NCBI GenBank assembly: GCA_001931535.1
Contig: CP016211.1
Location: forward strand, 4,439,573-4,503,572
Direction: 5' to 3'
Length of the DNA stretch: 64,000 nt
Source of the DNA: Minicystis rosea
GTDB taxonomy: Bacteria; Myxococcota_A; Polyangia; Polyangiales; Polyangiaceae
Shown: positions 39,982 through 49,394 of the stretch, piece after piece
Layout of the letters: every line of letters begins with the position of its first letter
Position numbering within the stretch: position 1 is the first letter of the stretch
The notes under the pieces: generated by a model
The model's input: only the letters and a program-made list of their open reading frames with translations
Databases searched by the model: none
What the model was told of the DNA's origin: nothing
Translations under genes and position numbers: made by a program

Positions 39982-40244
39982 CGCGGCGCAACGAAAGGTC
40001 CGGGGCCCCCGCGCCGTCAAGGGGCGACGCGCGTCCCGTGCCCTCCGGCGGGGGCGATTCCTCCGCGCCACAAAGGGAGAGCCGTGCCCCGCGGAGACCC
40101 CGCGCACAAGCGAACAGGCGCCGCGCACGGCGCTCCGCACCTTCGGCCGCACGCCCATTTGCCTCGTGCCGGCGCGCCTCGGACGGTCGCCCCCGTGCGA
40201 TGCGCTTGACCCGCTCGCGCGCTCCGACCATAAGCCGCCCCGGC

Positions 40245-41528
40245 ATGGAACTACGCGCAGTGCGGGGGATGAACGATATCCTTCCCGACGAGGTGGTGCG
40301 GTGGCAGCGCCTCGAGGCGGCATTTCGTCGCCATGCCGAGCTCCAAGGCTATGCCGAGGTCCGCACGCCGCTCATCGAGCACACGGCCCTCTTCCAACGG
40401 CAGGTCGGGGAGACGACGGACATCGTCGAGAAGGAGATGTACTCCTTCGAGCGCCACGGCGACGCGCTGACCGTCCGGCCCGAGGGCACCGCCGGCGCCG
40501 CGCGCGCCTACGTCGAGCACCAGCTCCACGCCAAGGAGGCGGTCTCCCGCTGGTACTACCTCGGCGCGATGTTCCGCGGCGAGCGCCCGGCGAAGGGCCG
40601 CTACCGCCAGTTCCACCAGGCCGGCGCCGAGCTGTACGGCGACCCGGGCCCGCTCTCCGACGCCGAGGTGATCGACCTCTGCTGCGGCCTCTTCCGCGAT
40701 CTCGGCATCGGGGACTGCGTCGTGCACGTCAACTCGCTCGGCTCGAGCGGCACGCGCGATCGCTACCGCGACGCGCTCGTGTCCTTCTTCGATCCGAAGA
40801 AAGACAAGCTCAGCGAAGACTCGCAGCGCCGCCTCGAAAAGAACCCGCTCCGCATCCTCGACTCGAAGGACCCGCGCGATCGCGACGCCTCCGTGGGCGC
40901 GCCGTCGATCCTCGACGTCCTCGACGAGGCCGATCGCGCGCACTGGCAAGGGCTCCTCGGCCACCTCGACGCGCTCGGCGTCAACTACGTGATCGATCCC
41001 AGCCTCGTGCGCGGGCTCGACTACTACACGCGCACCCTCTTCGAGGTGAAGACGAGCGCCGGCGATCTCGGCTCGCAGAACACCATCTGCGGCGGCGGTC
41101 GCTACGACAACATGGTGAAGAGCCTCGGCGGCCCGGACGTGCCGGCGATCGGTTTCGCCATGGGCCTCGAGCGCGTGCTCGTGGCCATGCCCGAGACCAC
41201 GGCGAAGACGGGCCCCGGCGTGATGATCGTGCCGCTCACGCCCGAAGGCGCGAAGAAGGGCCTCGTGCTCGCGCGCGAGCTGCGCGGGCACGGCGTCGTC
41301 ACCGAGGTCGACGGCCGCGGCGGCAAGCTGAAGAACATGTTGGCGCGCGCAGAAAAGCGCGGCGCGGCCATGTGCGTGATCTTGGGCGAGGAAGCCGAGC
41401 GCGGCTCCGTCGCCGTCAAGGATCTCGCGGCGCGCACGCAGGAAGAGATCCCGCTCTCCGAGGCCGCGCGCATCATCGCGGATCGGCTCGGGCAGCGCGG
41501 GGCCGGAGAGGCACGAGGATCGCGTTGA
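40245..41528 (+). CDS. hisS: Histidine--tRNA ligase
   Basis: It is a class II aaRS with the HisRS motifs MNDILPDE, ...RYYLGAMFRGERP..., GGGRYD and a C-terminal anticodon-binding domain. Confidence 0.9.
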   Translation: MELRAVRGMNDILPDEVVRWQRLEAAFRRHAELQGYAEVRTPLIEHTALFQRQVGETTDIVEKEMYSFERHGDALTVRPEGTAGAARAYVEHQLHAKEAVSRWYYLGAMFRGERPAKGRYRQFHQAGAELYGDPGPLSDAEVIDLCCGLFRDLGIGDCVVHVNSLGSSGTRDRYRDALVSFFDPKKDKLSEDSQRRLEKNPLRILDSKDPRDRDASVGAPSILDVLDEADRAHWQGLLGHLDALGVNYVIDPSLVRGLDYYTRTLFEVKTSAGDLGSQNTICGGGRYDNMVKSLGGPDVPAIGFAMGLERVLVAMPETTAKTGPGVMIVPLTPEGAKKGLVLARELRGHGVVTEVDGRGGKLKNMLARAEKRGAAMCVILGEEAERGSVAVKDLAARTQEEIPLSEAARIIADRLGQRGAGEARGSR

Positions 41529-43288
41529 CATCGAGCCTCGTTCGAGAGCCGGCCGCCCGCGGTCCGGGGCGGTTCCGCCGAAGTGCCGGCCTTCTGGCTG
41601 TGCTCGCCTTGTCGCTCGCTCCGCGCGTGGCCGAAGCGCAGGTCGGCTTCGGCCAACCCGGCGGCGGCATGGGCGGCCCCGGTGGCTTCAGCGCCCCCAC
41701 GCCCGGTTCGAGCAGCAGCAAGAAGAAGCCCGCCAAGAAGCCCGAAGAGGAGACGCACGCCGCCTCCAACACCGAAGCGGTCCAGTCGCTCCAAACGCAG
41801 GAGCCGACCCTCCCGCAAAACCCGCTCGAGATCCCGAAGGGCCTCAAGGACAAGATCGGGACGGACTACGCGAAGGAGCCCGAGCTCGGCCGCGGGCCCA
41901 AGACGGAGCGGGATTTCTACGGGCTCTACTATCAAGAGAAGAGCGACAAGTGGAGCTTCCGCACGATCATCCCCCCGCTCTGGGCCGAGCGGCGGATGCC
42001 CAATGATCGCGCCAGCATCTTCGGCCTCTATTACAACCGGCGCAGCGAGAAGCACGACGCCGACGTCCTCTTCCCCTTCTTCTGGCGCCTCCGCGACGAC
42101 GCCACCACGACCACCGTCGTCTTCCCCTTTCTCCATCGTGAGCGCAAAGCCACGAAGGAGCTCCCGGCGCGCCACGACAACTGGCTCTTCCCTCTCTTCT
42201 TCGAGGGCAAGTCCGCCAACGGCAGCGGCTACTTCCACCTGCCCGCGCTCCTCACCTTCACGCAGCACAGCGCGCGCGGCGGCCTCGACATCGCCGGCCC
42301 CATGTTCTGCCGGTGGAAGGGCGGCCCGAACTGCGATCGCCGCACCGCCGACTCGATGGATATGGGCCTCGCGCCCTTCTATTTCTACGGCAAGGACGAG
42401 ACGAGCGAATACGAAGTCATCCCGCCGCTCATCCACTATTACAAGTACAACGAGATCGGCGACAAGACGACGACCCTCTGGGGCCCGGTGTACCTCACCC
42501 GCTCGCCCGACGAGGACGTGACCAACGTCTTCCCCTTCTTCTGGCGGAGCTCGGGAAAGAACGAGTCGCACACCACGCTCTTCCCCTTCTTCCACTATGG
42601 ATACAAGGGCACGGAGAACCTCCTCATCACGCCGTTCTTCGTCAAAGCCACCGGCGAAAAGGGCGAGAAGACGTTCGCCAGCGTGGTTTACGCCAAGTAC
42701 CGTGGCCGCACCGAGCTCGACATGGTCACGCCCTTCTACTGGGCTTATCGTGACCCCGACATCGGCCTCGACCGCAAGCTCATCTTCCCGTTCTATTACG
42801 AGAACACCTCGCCGCGCAGCAAGGACCGGGTCGTCTTCCCGTTCTATGCTCGCTTCCAGCGCGCGGGCCTCTCCGACACCACGTGGGTGACTCCCCTCTT
42901 CCGCCACGTGGGTGACGTGACCGGCTGGGAGACCGACATCTTCCCCTTCTTCTACGCCGGCCGGAAGAACGACACGAGCCACCTCGTGGTCGCGCCCCTG
43001 CTCTTCGACTTCAACTCTCCGCACTCGCGCTTCACCCTGGTTCCGCCGGTGTATCTGCGCATGGCAGACACGAAGTCGGTCACCCAGGTGGCGCTCAACA
43101 CCTATTATCACGAGAAGAAGGTCCCCGGCGGGACGGATTGGGAATTCCACTTCTTCCCCCTCTTCTCTTATGGCCAATCGCCCACCGGCCATTGGTGGAA
43201 CGTGCTTTACGGCCTCGCCGGCTACACGCGTGAAGGCACCAGCTCGAAGGTGCGCGCGCTCTACATCCCCTTCAAGCTGAGCGAATAA
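41525..43288 (+). CDS. Secreted repeat protein with 13 or more aromatic FPFF(W/Y)-type repeats, function unknown
   Basis: It has a signal peptide (RFRRSAGLLAVLALSLAPRVAEAQ). Repeated motifs of about 22-25 aa recur: FPFFWRL, FPFLHRE, FPLFFEG, APFYFYG, FPFFWRS, FPFFHYG, TPFFVKA, TPFYWAY, FPFYYEN, FPFYARF, FPFFYAG and FPLFSYG. A TTG start overlapping the hisS stop is tentative. Confidence 0.55.
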   Translation: MTSSLVREPAARGPGRFRRSAGLLAVLALSLAPRVAEAQVGFGQPGGGMGGPGGFSAPTPGSSSSKKKPAKKPEEETHAASNTEAVQSLQTQEPTLPQNPLEIPKGLKDKIGTDYAKEPELGRGPKTERDFYGLYYQEKSDKWSFRTIIPPLWAERRMPNDRASIFGLYYNRRSEKHDADVLFPFFWRLRDDATTTTVVFPFLHRERKATKELPARHDNWLFPLFFEGKSANGSGYFHLPALLTFTQHSARGGLDIAGPMFCRWKGGPNCDRRTADSMDMGLAPFYFYGKDETSEYEVIPPLIHYYKYNEIGDKTTTLWGPVYLTRSPDEDVTNVFPFFWRSSGKNESHTTLFPFFHYGYKGTENLLITPFFVKATGEKGEKTFASVVYAKYRGRTELDMVTPFYWAYRDPDIGLDRKLIFPFYYENTSPRSKDRVVFPFYARFQRAGLSDTTWVTPLFRHVGDVTGWETDIFPFFYAGRKNDTSHLVVAPLLFDFNSPHSRFTLVPPVYLRMADTKSVTQVALNTYYHEKKVPGGTDWEFHFFPLFSYGQSPTGHWWNVLYGLAGYTREGTSSKVRALYIPFKLSE

Positions 43289-43848
43289 CCCATCTCACCG
43301 CCGCGCGACGAGCGGCGGTGAGCGCACGATCCATCGCTGGCAAGCGCGTGACCGTGGATGCGGTCTTTGCACGCCGAGCGACGTTGGCGGGCGCGCGAGC
43401 CACGGGTGCTCATCGAGACATCGCGCCGTGCGGCGAAGGGTGGGTGCGCAACGAGCGTCCTCGTGCGCCCGCCCTCGAATGCGCTTGTTTCAAAGACGGC
43501 GCTTCGCTCGAAGGCTCAAACGATTGTCGCCTGTGTCGCGCCGAACCCCCGAGTCGGCGCGAGAGGTGTCCAATATACGGACGTGGCGCGACTCGTCGCA
43601 GCGCTCGATCAGCTCACCCAGCGTGACGACCTGCTGCTGTTCATCAAGCATCCTCCGGCGCTGATCGCATCGGCCGACCGCTCGATCGAGACGACGCTCT
43701 GCTCGAAGGCTTCCTCGTCGACGATCGACGATCCTCTCGGACACCGCGCGAGCGCTCGAGCGCATGCGCGCTTCGGCGGCCGAGCCCATGACGTCGCATC
43801 GGGCGCCCAGCGAATCACTGTGGCTGCCCAAAGCAGCCGGTCACGGCT

Positions 43849-45618
43849 TCACTGGCGCTCGCGCAGCGGGAGCAGCGGGCCGGCGGGGGCGCCTTCGTCG
43901 GGGCGGGGGCCGGCGCCGGGCTTCTTGCGGGGGCCGAGCGGGGCGGCCTTCTTCGTGGGCGCGTTCTTGAGGATGTACGGCCGCGCGTTGCGCGTGGTGC
44001 ACGCATCGAAGGGATCGCGGTGGAACTCCCAGTGCAGGTACACGTTGCCGTCCGGCGAAGCGATGATGTCCGGCGCCTTGCCGAACGGGCCCGCGCGATC
44101 GACCGACGCGAGCGCGGCCACGTCGAAGGCCGTCGCGCCGCTCGCGCGCGTGACGCCGAGGCTCACGATGCGGCCCGTGTCCTTGCTGACCACGATCTCG
44201 AGGTGCGTGACCAGGTTCTGATTGAGCTGGTGCGACCGCGAGAGCGCATCGAGCGACGCCAGGAACTCCTCGGCGAAGATCGGATGAATGCGGTTGTGAA
44301 TCGTGTTGAGGTACGTGGCGAACGGCGAGCGCGCCGCGTTGAGCGCGGTCGTGTTCCCGAGCTCGACGAGGGGCTCGTAGTTCTCGATCGCCGCCTTCCA
44401 CTTCTGGAACTTGTTCTTCTCGAAGCTGCCGCGATGCGCGCTGCGCCGGGCGGCGCCGTCCGCAGCGCGCTCGGCGCGGAGCTGCTCCGCACCGACCGCG
44501 GTCTCGACGCCCTTCATGTCGAGGTTGAGCTGCGGGCCACCGGGCAAGCCAGGGCCACCGAGACCGAGCGAGCCCACCTTCACGGGCGATTGGAAGGGCT
44601 CCGGCGCGCGCGCCTTGCCGGGCGTGCGGCTCTTGCCATCGCCGCCGGGGTTCGCAGGATCGAGCGTGTAGCCGCCGCCCTTCTCGGCCGCGAGCGTCTC
44701 GGCCGCGGCCGGGCCTGCGCCGCCCGGTGAAGGCGGCGGTGACGCGGGCGTCGCACCGCTGCCACCCTTGCCACCGGGCACCGACGGCGGCGGTGCCTTC
44801 GCGGGCTGCGGCGAGGGCGGCATGGGCGGGCGCGGCGTCTCGTGGTGCGCGTCGGTGGCGCGATCGTTCTTCTCGCCGGGCGCGTGCTTCTCGTTGCCCT
44901 TCTTGTCCTCGCTGTCGGCGACCTTGTCTTCCTTGTCGCCGGCGCCGGGCTTGTCGTCCTTCGGCCCCTTCGCGGCGCCGAAGCTCGGATCCTTCATGTC
45001 CTGATCGTGCGAGCGGTTGCGCGCCATCGTCTCTTTTTCGACGTGGTTCGCATCGTCGGCGACTCGGTTCGCCTCGGGATTGTCCGGCTGATCCTTCTGC
45101 GCGTGCTGGCGCACGGCGATGCGATGATCTTCCGGCGGCGGAGGAGGCGGGGGCGGCGGCGGCGCGGGCGCAGCCGGCACGGGCACGACGGGCTTGAGCG
45201 GCTCGGGAGGCTTGGGCGGCGGCGGCTTCTCCGCGACCTTCGGCGGCTCGGGCTTGGGCTGCGCCTTCTCCTTGGGCGCGGGAGGCGGAGGCTTGACCTT
45301 GTCCTTCACCGCGTCGGGCTCGGGCTCGCCTTCGGGCTTGGTGCCGTCGGTGGGCGCGTCTTCCTTCGGCGCCTCGACCTTGGCGGCGGGCGTGGGCTTG
45401 GCGTCGTCGGTGAGGACCTCGAACACCGTGTCGCCCGGCCGCATGCTCTGCCGCACGGAGCGCGACGCCGCCTTCAGCACGTCGCGATCGTGCACCACCT
45501 CGGCGACCTGCATCGTGCCGACGCCGCCCGCGTAGTGCGCGACGACGGCCGCGCATACCCAGAGCACGAGCGGGATGCTGGCCGCGCGTGCCGCACGCTC
45601 GTCGAAGAGCATCGGCAT
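43849..45618 (-). CDS. TonB-family-like protein: N-terminal TM anchor, long Pro/Lys/Glu-rich spacer, C-terminal TonB-C-like domain
   Basis: It has a TM helix (ASIPLVLWVCAAVVAHYAG), a spacer with P10 and (KPEPPK)-type repeats, and a C-terminal region (...RIVSLGVTRASGATAFDVAALASVDRAGPFGKAP...) resembling TonB/TolA C-terminal domains. The start is uncertain. Confidence 0.45.
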   Translation of the reverse strand: MPMLFDERAARAASIPLVLWVCAAVVAHYAGGVGTMQVAEVVHDRDVLKAASRSVRQSMRPGDTVFEVLTDDAKPTPAAKVEAPKEDAPTDGTKPEGEPEPDAVKDKVKPPPPAPKEKAQPKPEPPKVAEKPPPPKPPEPLKPVVPVPAAPAPPPPPPPPPPEDHRIAVRQHAQKDQPDNPEANRVADDANHVEKETMARNRSHDQDMKDPSFGAAKGPKDDKPGAGDKEDKVADSEDKKGNEKHAPGEKNDRATDAHHETPRPPMPPSPQPAKAPPPSVPGGKGGSGATPASPPPSPGGAGPAAAETLAAEKGGGYTLDPANPGGDGKSRTPGKARAPEPFQSPVKVGSLGLGGPGLPGGPQLNLDMKGVETAVGAEQLRAERAADGAARRSAHRGSFEKNKFQKWKAAIENYEPLVELGNTTALNAARSPFATYLNTIHNRIHPIFAEEFLASLDALSRSHQLNQNLVTHLEIVVSKDTGRIVSLGVTRASGATAFDVAALASVDRAGPFGKAPDIIASPDGNVYLHWEFHRDPFDACTTRNARPYILKNAPTKKAAPLGPRKKPGAGPRPDEGAPAGPLLPLRERQ

Positions 45619-46089
45619 GCGTCCGCGGCGCGCGCCGGGGCTCGTCGAGCGCGAGGAAAGGGATCGCCGCCCGGCATTGCCGGTGGGCGAACCTTCTTTC
45701 ACCCCGCGTTCTCGCGCCATGCCGATGCGTGCCTCCGTCCCGGCGGCGAGCGCTGAAGAAAGACCGCCCGCGAGGACCGAACCTAGCATTGCGAGCAGTG
45801 GCCAGCAATCGGCCGTCCGCCCCGATCGTCCCCAAAGGGAAGCCACGGCGGTGGGGCGGATCGCGCAGGGCTCACGCGGCCCGCGCGATCGTGATCCAGC
45901 CGAATTTTTCAGGGCATTTTGCGACTTCGTAGCGGCGCGTCACAGCCGCGCTGCGCGGCGCACCCGCGGTGACGCGCGTCGGGCACGCATCTAGCTCCGC
46001 AGCTCGCGAGGTCGGCGCGGCCTCCGGAGGCTCCGGCGCCGAACGCGGGGGACGCGGACCTTCGCGATCGCCCCCACCGCCACGCGCCG

Positions 46090-46255
46090 TGGAAATTGGT
46101 TGGAGCTCAAACCTTCTCGAACGCCCCCGCCGCCGCGCGCCGACCAAAATCGTTGGAGCTCAAACCATCTCGAACGACCTCGCCGCCGCGCACCGGCCAA
46201 AATCGTTGGAGCTCAAACCTTCTGAAATGACGACCGCCGGCGGCCGCACGAAATG
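46090..46255. repeat. About 53-bp intergenic tandem repeat x3 (AAATCGTTGGAGCTCAAACCTTCTCGAACGNCC..CGCCGCCGCGC units)
   Basis: Three near-identical direct repeats are visible. They also generate a periodic peptide (FELQ...GGGG.REGLSSN) in three spurious minus-strand ORFs. Confidence 0.6.
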
Positions 46256-46309
46256 GCGGCGACGCCGGCGGTATGGTGCGCAGCGCTCGCGGGCGAGCTC
46301 CGCGCTTGC

Positions 46310-47155
46310 TCAGACCTTCGCGATCGAGTCCCAGTTCTCGGCGATCTCCTGCGCGGTCCACACGCCGTTCTCGTCCTTGAACTTCCCGGCGCTCTGGACG
46401 ACTTTGTAGACGTACATCTGCGCGCCGGCCACCGCGAGCACGTGGCCCGTGCGATCGCCGCAGAGCTCGGACCCGAGGAAGAGGGCCGCGGGCGCGATGT
46501 GATCCGGCGTGAGCGTGTCGCCCGTCGTCTGGAACATGGGCAGGTCTTCCGTCATGCGCGTCTTGGCGATGGGGGCGATGGCGTTGACCGTGATGCGCTG
46601 CTTTTGCAGCTCGATGGCGGCGGTGCGGGTGAAGCCGTAGATGCCGGCCTTGGCGGCGGCGTAGTTGGCCTGGCCGAAGTTCCCCATCATGCCGCTGACG
46701 CTGGTGGTGTTGACGATGCGCCCGCCGCCGCCCTGCGCGATCATCTGCTTGGCCGCGGCCTGCGAGCAGAGGAACGTGCCCTTGAGGTGCACGGCCACGA
46801 CGACGTCCCACATGGCCTCGTCCATCTTGAGCAACGTCTTGTCGCGGAGGATGCCGGCGTTGTTGACGAGCACGTCGACGCGCCCGAACGCATCCACCGC
46901 GGTCTTGATGATGGCGGCCGCGCCCTCGGGCGTGGCCACGCTGTCGAAGCTCGCCACCGCGGAGCCGCCCGCGGCCTCGATCTCGGCGACGACCTTGCTG
47001 GCCGCCGCGTCACCCTGGCCGGAGCCGTCGCGCGCGCCGCCGAGATCGTTGACCACGACCTTCGCGCCCTCGCGAGCGAAGAGCAGCGCCTCGGCGCGGC
47101 CGATGCCGCCGCCGGCCCCGGTGATGATGGCGACCTTCCCGTCGAGCAGACCCAT
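46310..47155 (-). CDS. SDR-family oxidoreductase (3-hydroxyacyl-CoA / 17beta-HSD4 (MFE-2)-like dehydrogenase)
   Basis: The internal ATG gives MGLLDGKVAIITGAGGGIGR. It has NNAG, YAAAKAG (YxxxK) and MFE-2-like stretches (GILRDKTLLKMDEAMWD). The long N-terminal extension of the listed ORF is Arg/Pro-rich junk. Confidence 0.8.
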   Translation of the reverse strand: MGLLDGKVAIITGAGGGIGRAEALLFAREGAKVVVNDLGGARDGSGQGDAAASKVVAEIEAAGGSAVASFDSVATPEGAAAIIKTAVDAFGRVDVLVNNAGILRDKTLLKMDEAMWDVVVAVHLKGTFLCSQAAAKQMIAQGGGGRIVNTTSVSGMMGNFGQANYAAAKAGIYGFTRTAAIELQKQRITVNAIAPIAKTRMTEDLPMFQTTGDTLTPDHIAPAALFLGSELCGDRTGHVLAVAGAQMYVYKVVQSAGKFKDENGVWTAQEIAENWDSIAKV

Positions 47156-47346
47156 GTTCGCGTGCCTCCTGATCGCGGCACCGGGCCGCGAGGCGCGCAG
47201 GGTAGCGCAACTCGAGCGCCGGCGAGCGAGCGACGCGCACCGCGAAGCGCGCGCGGCGACGGCGCGATGGCCTCGTGACGGCGGACGTCGACGAAGCGCG
47301 GCGCACGACGAGCCCGTACGCTCGCGGGGCCTGATATGGATGACAC

Positions 47347-47730
47347 ATGGTGAACGTTCGCAAGGTGACGCCGGTGCTGGTCGTGGATCGGATCGAGCCG
47401 TGTCTTTCCTTTTGGGAAGGACAGCTCGGCTATGCGCGGGTCGCGGAGGTGCCGCACGAGGACGCGCTCGGCTTCGTGATCCTGGTTCGCGAGGGCACGG
47501 AGATGATGTTGCAAACGAAGGCGAGCCTCGCGGCCGACATGCCGGCGGTCGCAGCGCGCAACCCCGAGGTCGTGCTCTATGCCGAGGTCGCCTCGGTCGA
47601 CGACGCCATCGCCTCCACGAAGGGAGCCACGGTGATCCTGGAGCCGCGGACGACATTCTACGGCGCGAAGGAGATTGGCATTCTCGATCCTTCGGGACAG
47701 GTGCTGTTGCTGGCCGAGCGCCACGGCTGA
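47347..47730 (+). CDS. VOC-family (glyoxalase/bleomycin-resistance-like) protein
   Basis: The 127-aa protein has a paired beta-alpha-beta-beta-beta pattern, typical of the VOC fold (PVLVVDRIEP...FVILVREG...VVLYAEVASVDD). Confidence 0.65.
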   Translation: MVNVRKVTPVLVVDRIEPCLSFWEGQLGYARVAEVPHEDALGFVILVREGTEMMLQTKASLAADMPAVAARNPEVVLYAEVASVDDAIASTKGATVILEPRTTFYGAKEIGILDPSGQVLLLAERHG

Positions 47731-47783
47731 CGCTCGGCGCCAATCCCAGTAGACCTCCGTGCTCGGTGTACTGGGATTGGCTG

Positions 47784-48350
47784 TCAAGCGGGAGTGATCG
47801 CATCTCCGGTCATGAAGTAGGCCCCACCGGCGACGTGATGAATGGTGCGCCATTCGTCGCTCGGAAATCGCCAGCGGCCGTCGACCCAACAAGCATCCTC
47901 GGCCCAGGCGGCCACCACTTCGGCGACGAAGAGGTCATATCGCTCCTGCACGCCGGGCTCGGCGAGGACACGACACTCGAGCCACGCGACACAACCCTCG
48001 ACGAGCGGAGCGGCCACCCGGGATGCGGGCGCGGTGGCGATGCCATGGGCGGCGATCTTGTCGACGTCGCGACCGCTCTCGCTGCCCACGGCGGTGGTGA
48101 GCGCGGCGAGGCGGCGCGGAGGCACGTTGATCACGAATTGGCCCGAAGCGTCGACGAGCCGGCGCGTGAACGTGTCGGCGGCGAGGACGGCGACGAGCTT
48201 CGGAGGATCGAAGTCGAGGGGCATCACCCAAGCCGCGGCCATGACGTTGGCGCGACCATCGTGTGCTGCGGACACGATGGTGGTGGGGCCGTGGTTGAGG
48301 AGGCGATAGGATCGCACGAGATCGACGGGGACGCGCATCGCGCCCAGCAT
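47784..48350 (-). CDS. Flavin reductase-like (FMN-binding split-barrel) protein
   Basis: The internal ATG gives MLGAMRVPVDLVRSYRLLNHGPTTIVSAAHDGRANVMAAAWVMPLDFDPP, a flavin-reductase-like domain signature. Confidence 0.7.
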   Translation of the reverse strand: MLGAMRVPVDLVRSYRLLNHGPTTIVSAAHDGRANVMAAAWVMPLDFDPPKLVAVLAADTFTRRLVDASGQFVINVPPRRLAALTTAVGSESGRDVDKIAAHGIATAPASRVAAPLVEGCVAWLECRVLAEPGVQERYDLFVAEVVAAWAEDACWVDGRWRFPSDEWRTIHHVAGGAYFMTGDAITPA

Positions 48351-48601
48351 AGCGCGACGACCACGACGAACATCGGTGCTTCGCGTCAGCGGCGGAAGGG
48401 TAGGCCTTCGATATCCAGTGTGGTTGACGAATCCTGCCCCCGTGGCAAGCCACGGAGAGCATGGGGGTCGCACATCACTTCCTCGCTACGTCGGACACGC
48501 TCTTGGCGCGGACCGCGCGGCGTCTCCACCGGAATGCCACTTCGTTCACGCTGCCCGCGCCGCGCATCATCGCCCTCCCCACGCGGTGGACGTTCGTGGC
48601 G

Positions 48602-49216
48602 ATGCGTGAGATCTATCACTTGAGCAAGCGATTGCTCGTCAGCGAGCCGATCTTCAAATCGTATTGCAAGCAGGTCGGCGCGCGGGTGCGGACGGGGCCC
48701 TACGTCCATTACGTCATCGGCGAAGGAGACATCTACCTCGGGGACGACGTGGTGCTCGATGGGCTGAGCGTCTTCAGCTTCGCGGCGCGCTTCTCCGAGG
48801 CCCCCACGCTGCGCGTGGGCAACCGCACGGGGATTGGGCACCAATGCCAGCTCACCATCGGCAAAGCCATCACCATCGGCAACGATTGTCGAATTGGACC
48901 GCGGGTGTGGATGTTCGATTCGAGCGGGCATGCGACCGATCCCGATGCGCGCATCGGCGGCGTCCCGCCGGCCGCGGATCAAGTCCGGCCCATCACGATT
49001 GGCAACAACGTCTGGGTCGGCGGCGGGTCGATCATAGGCCCAGGTGTCTCCATCGGCGACGGCGCCGTCGTTTCCGCGGGCGCGGTGGTGCTCGCCAACG
49101 TTCCACCGCGCACCGTGGTGGCCGGCAATCCGGCGCGAATGGTCGGGCTCACGAGCTCGTTCCGATCGGGCGCGCCGACCGCCTCCGATCCGCCGCCGCC
49201 TCTGCGTGACACCTGA
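48602..49216 (+). CDS. Hexapeptide-repeat (LbH) acetyltransferase (maltose/galactoside O-acetyltransferase-like)
   Basis: It has [LIV]G-x4 hexapeptide repeats (IGNDCRIGPRVWM, ITIGNNVWVGGGSIIGPGVSIGDGAVV) and an NPAR motif. It is 204 aa from the internal ATG; the listed ORF starts at 48461. Confidence 0.75.
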   Translation: MREIYHLSKRLLVSEPIFKSYCKQVGARVRTGPYVHYVIGEGDIYLGDDVVLDGLSVFSFAARFSEAPTLRVGNRTGIGHQCQLTIGKAITIGNDCRIGPRVWMFDSSGHATDPDARIGGVPPAADQVRPITIGNNVWVGGGSIIGPGVSIGDGAVVSAGAVVLANVPPRTVVAGNPARMVGLTSSFRSGAPTASDPPPPLRDT

Positions 49217-49394
49217 TCGCGACTCCCACCCTCCCCTCATGGCTCGTGTGCATCGACGAGCCGCCGTCACGAGCATGGCCGTCGCCGACTCCGATGCTCG
49301 TCAAAGGCCTCTGCAACGCCACAAAAAAGCGCCCCGTCCACGGGCAATTCCCGTGAACGGGGCAGCAGGATGGGATTCGATCGATATCGAGTCT

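Noticed and set aside
43318-43848. Possible small genes in the 560-bp gap between the FPFF-repeat gene and the TonB-like gene (43318..43626 +, 43490..43831 -, 43358..44221 +)
   Set aside because: The translations are Arg-rich without signal peptides or motifs, and they overlap each other. The region is more likely intergenic or regulatory. A small real gene cannot be excluded.
43841-45835. Alternative minus-strand frame (664 aa) overlapping the TonB-like gene, and plus-strand ORFs 44020..44730 and 44842..45756
   Set aside because: They are Arg-rich and repetitive, and they mirror the Pro-rich repeat of the TonB-like frame. Only the frame with a TM helix plus TonB-C-like domain was called.
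46253-48623. Long plus-strand ORFs (46253..47278, 46665..48623) and minus-strand 46741..47892 across the SDR/VOC/flavin-reductase region
   Set aside because: They overlap three genes with clear family signatures and have Arg/Ala/Gly-rich low complexity.
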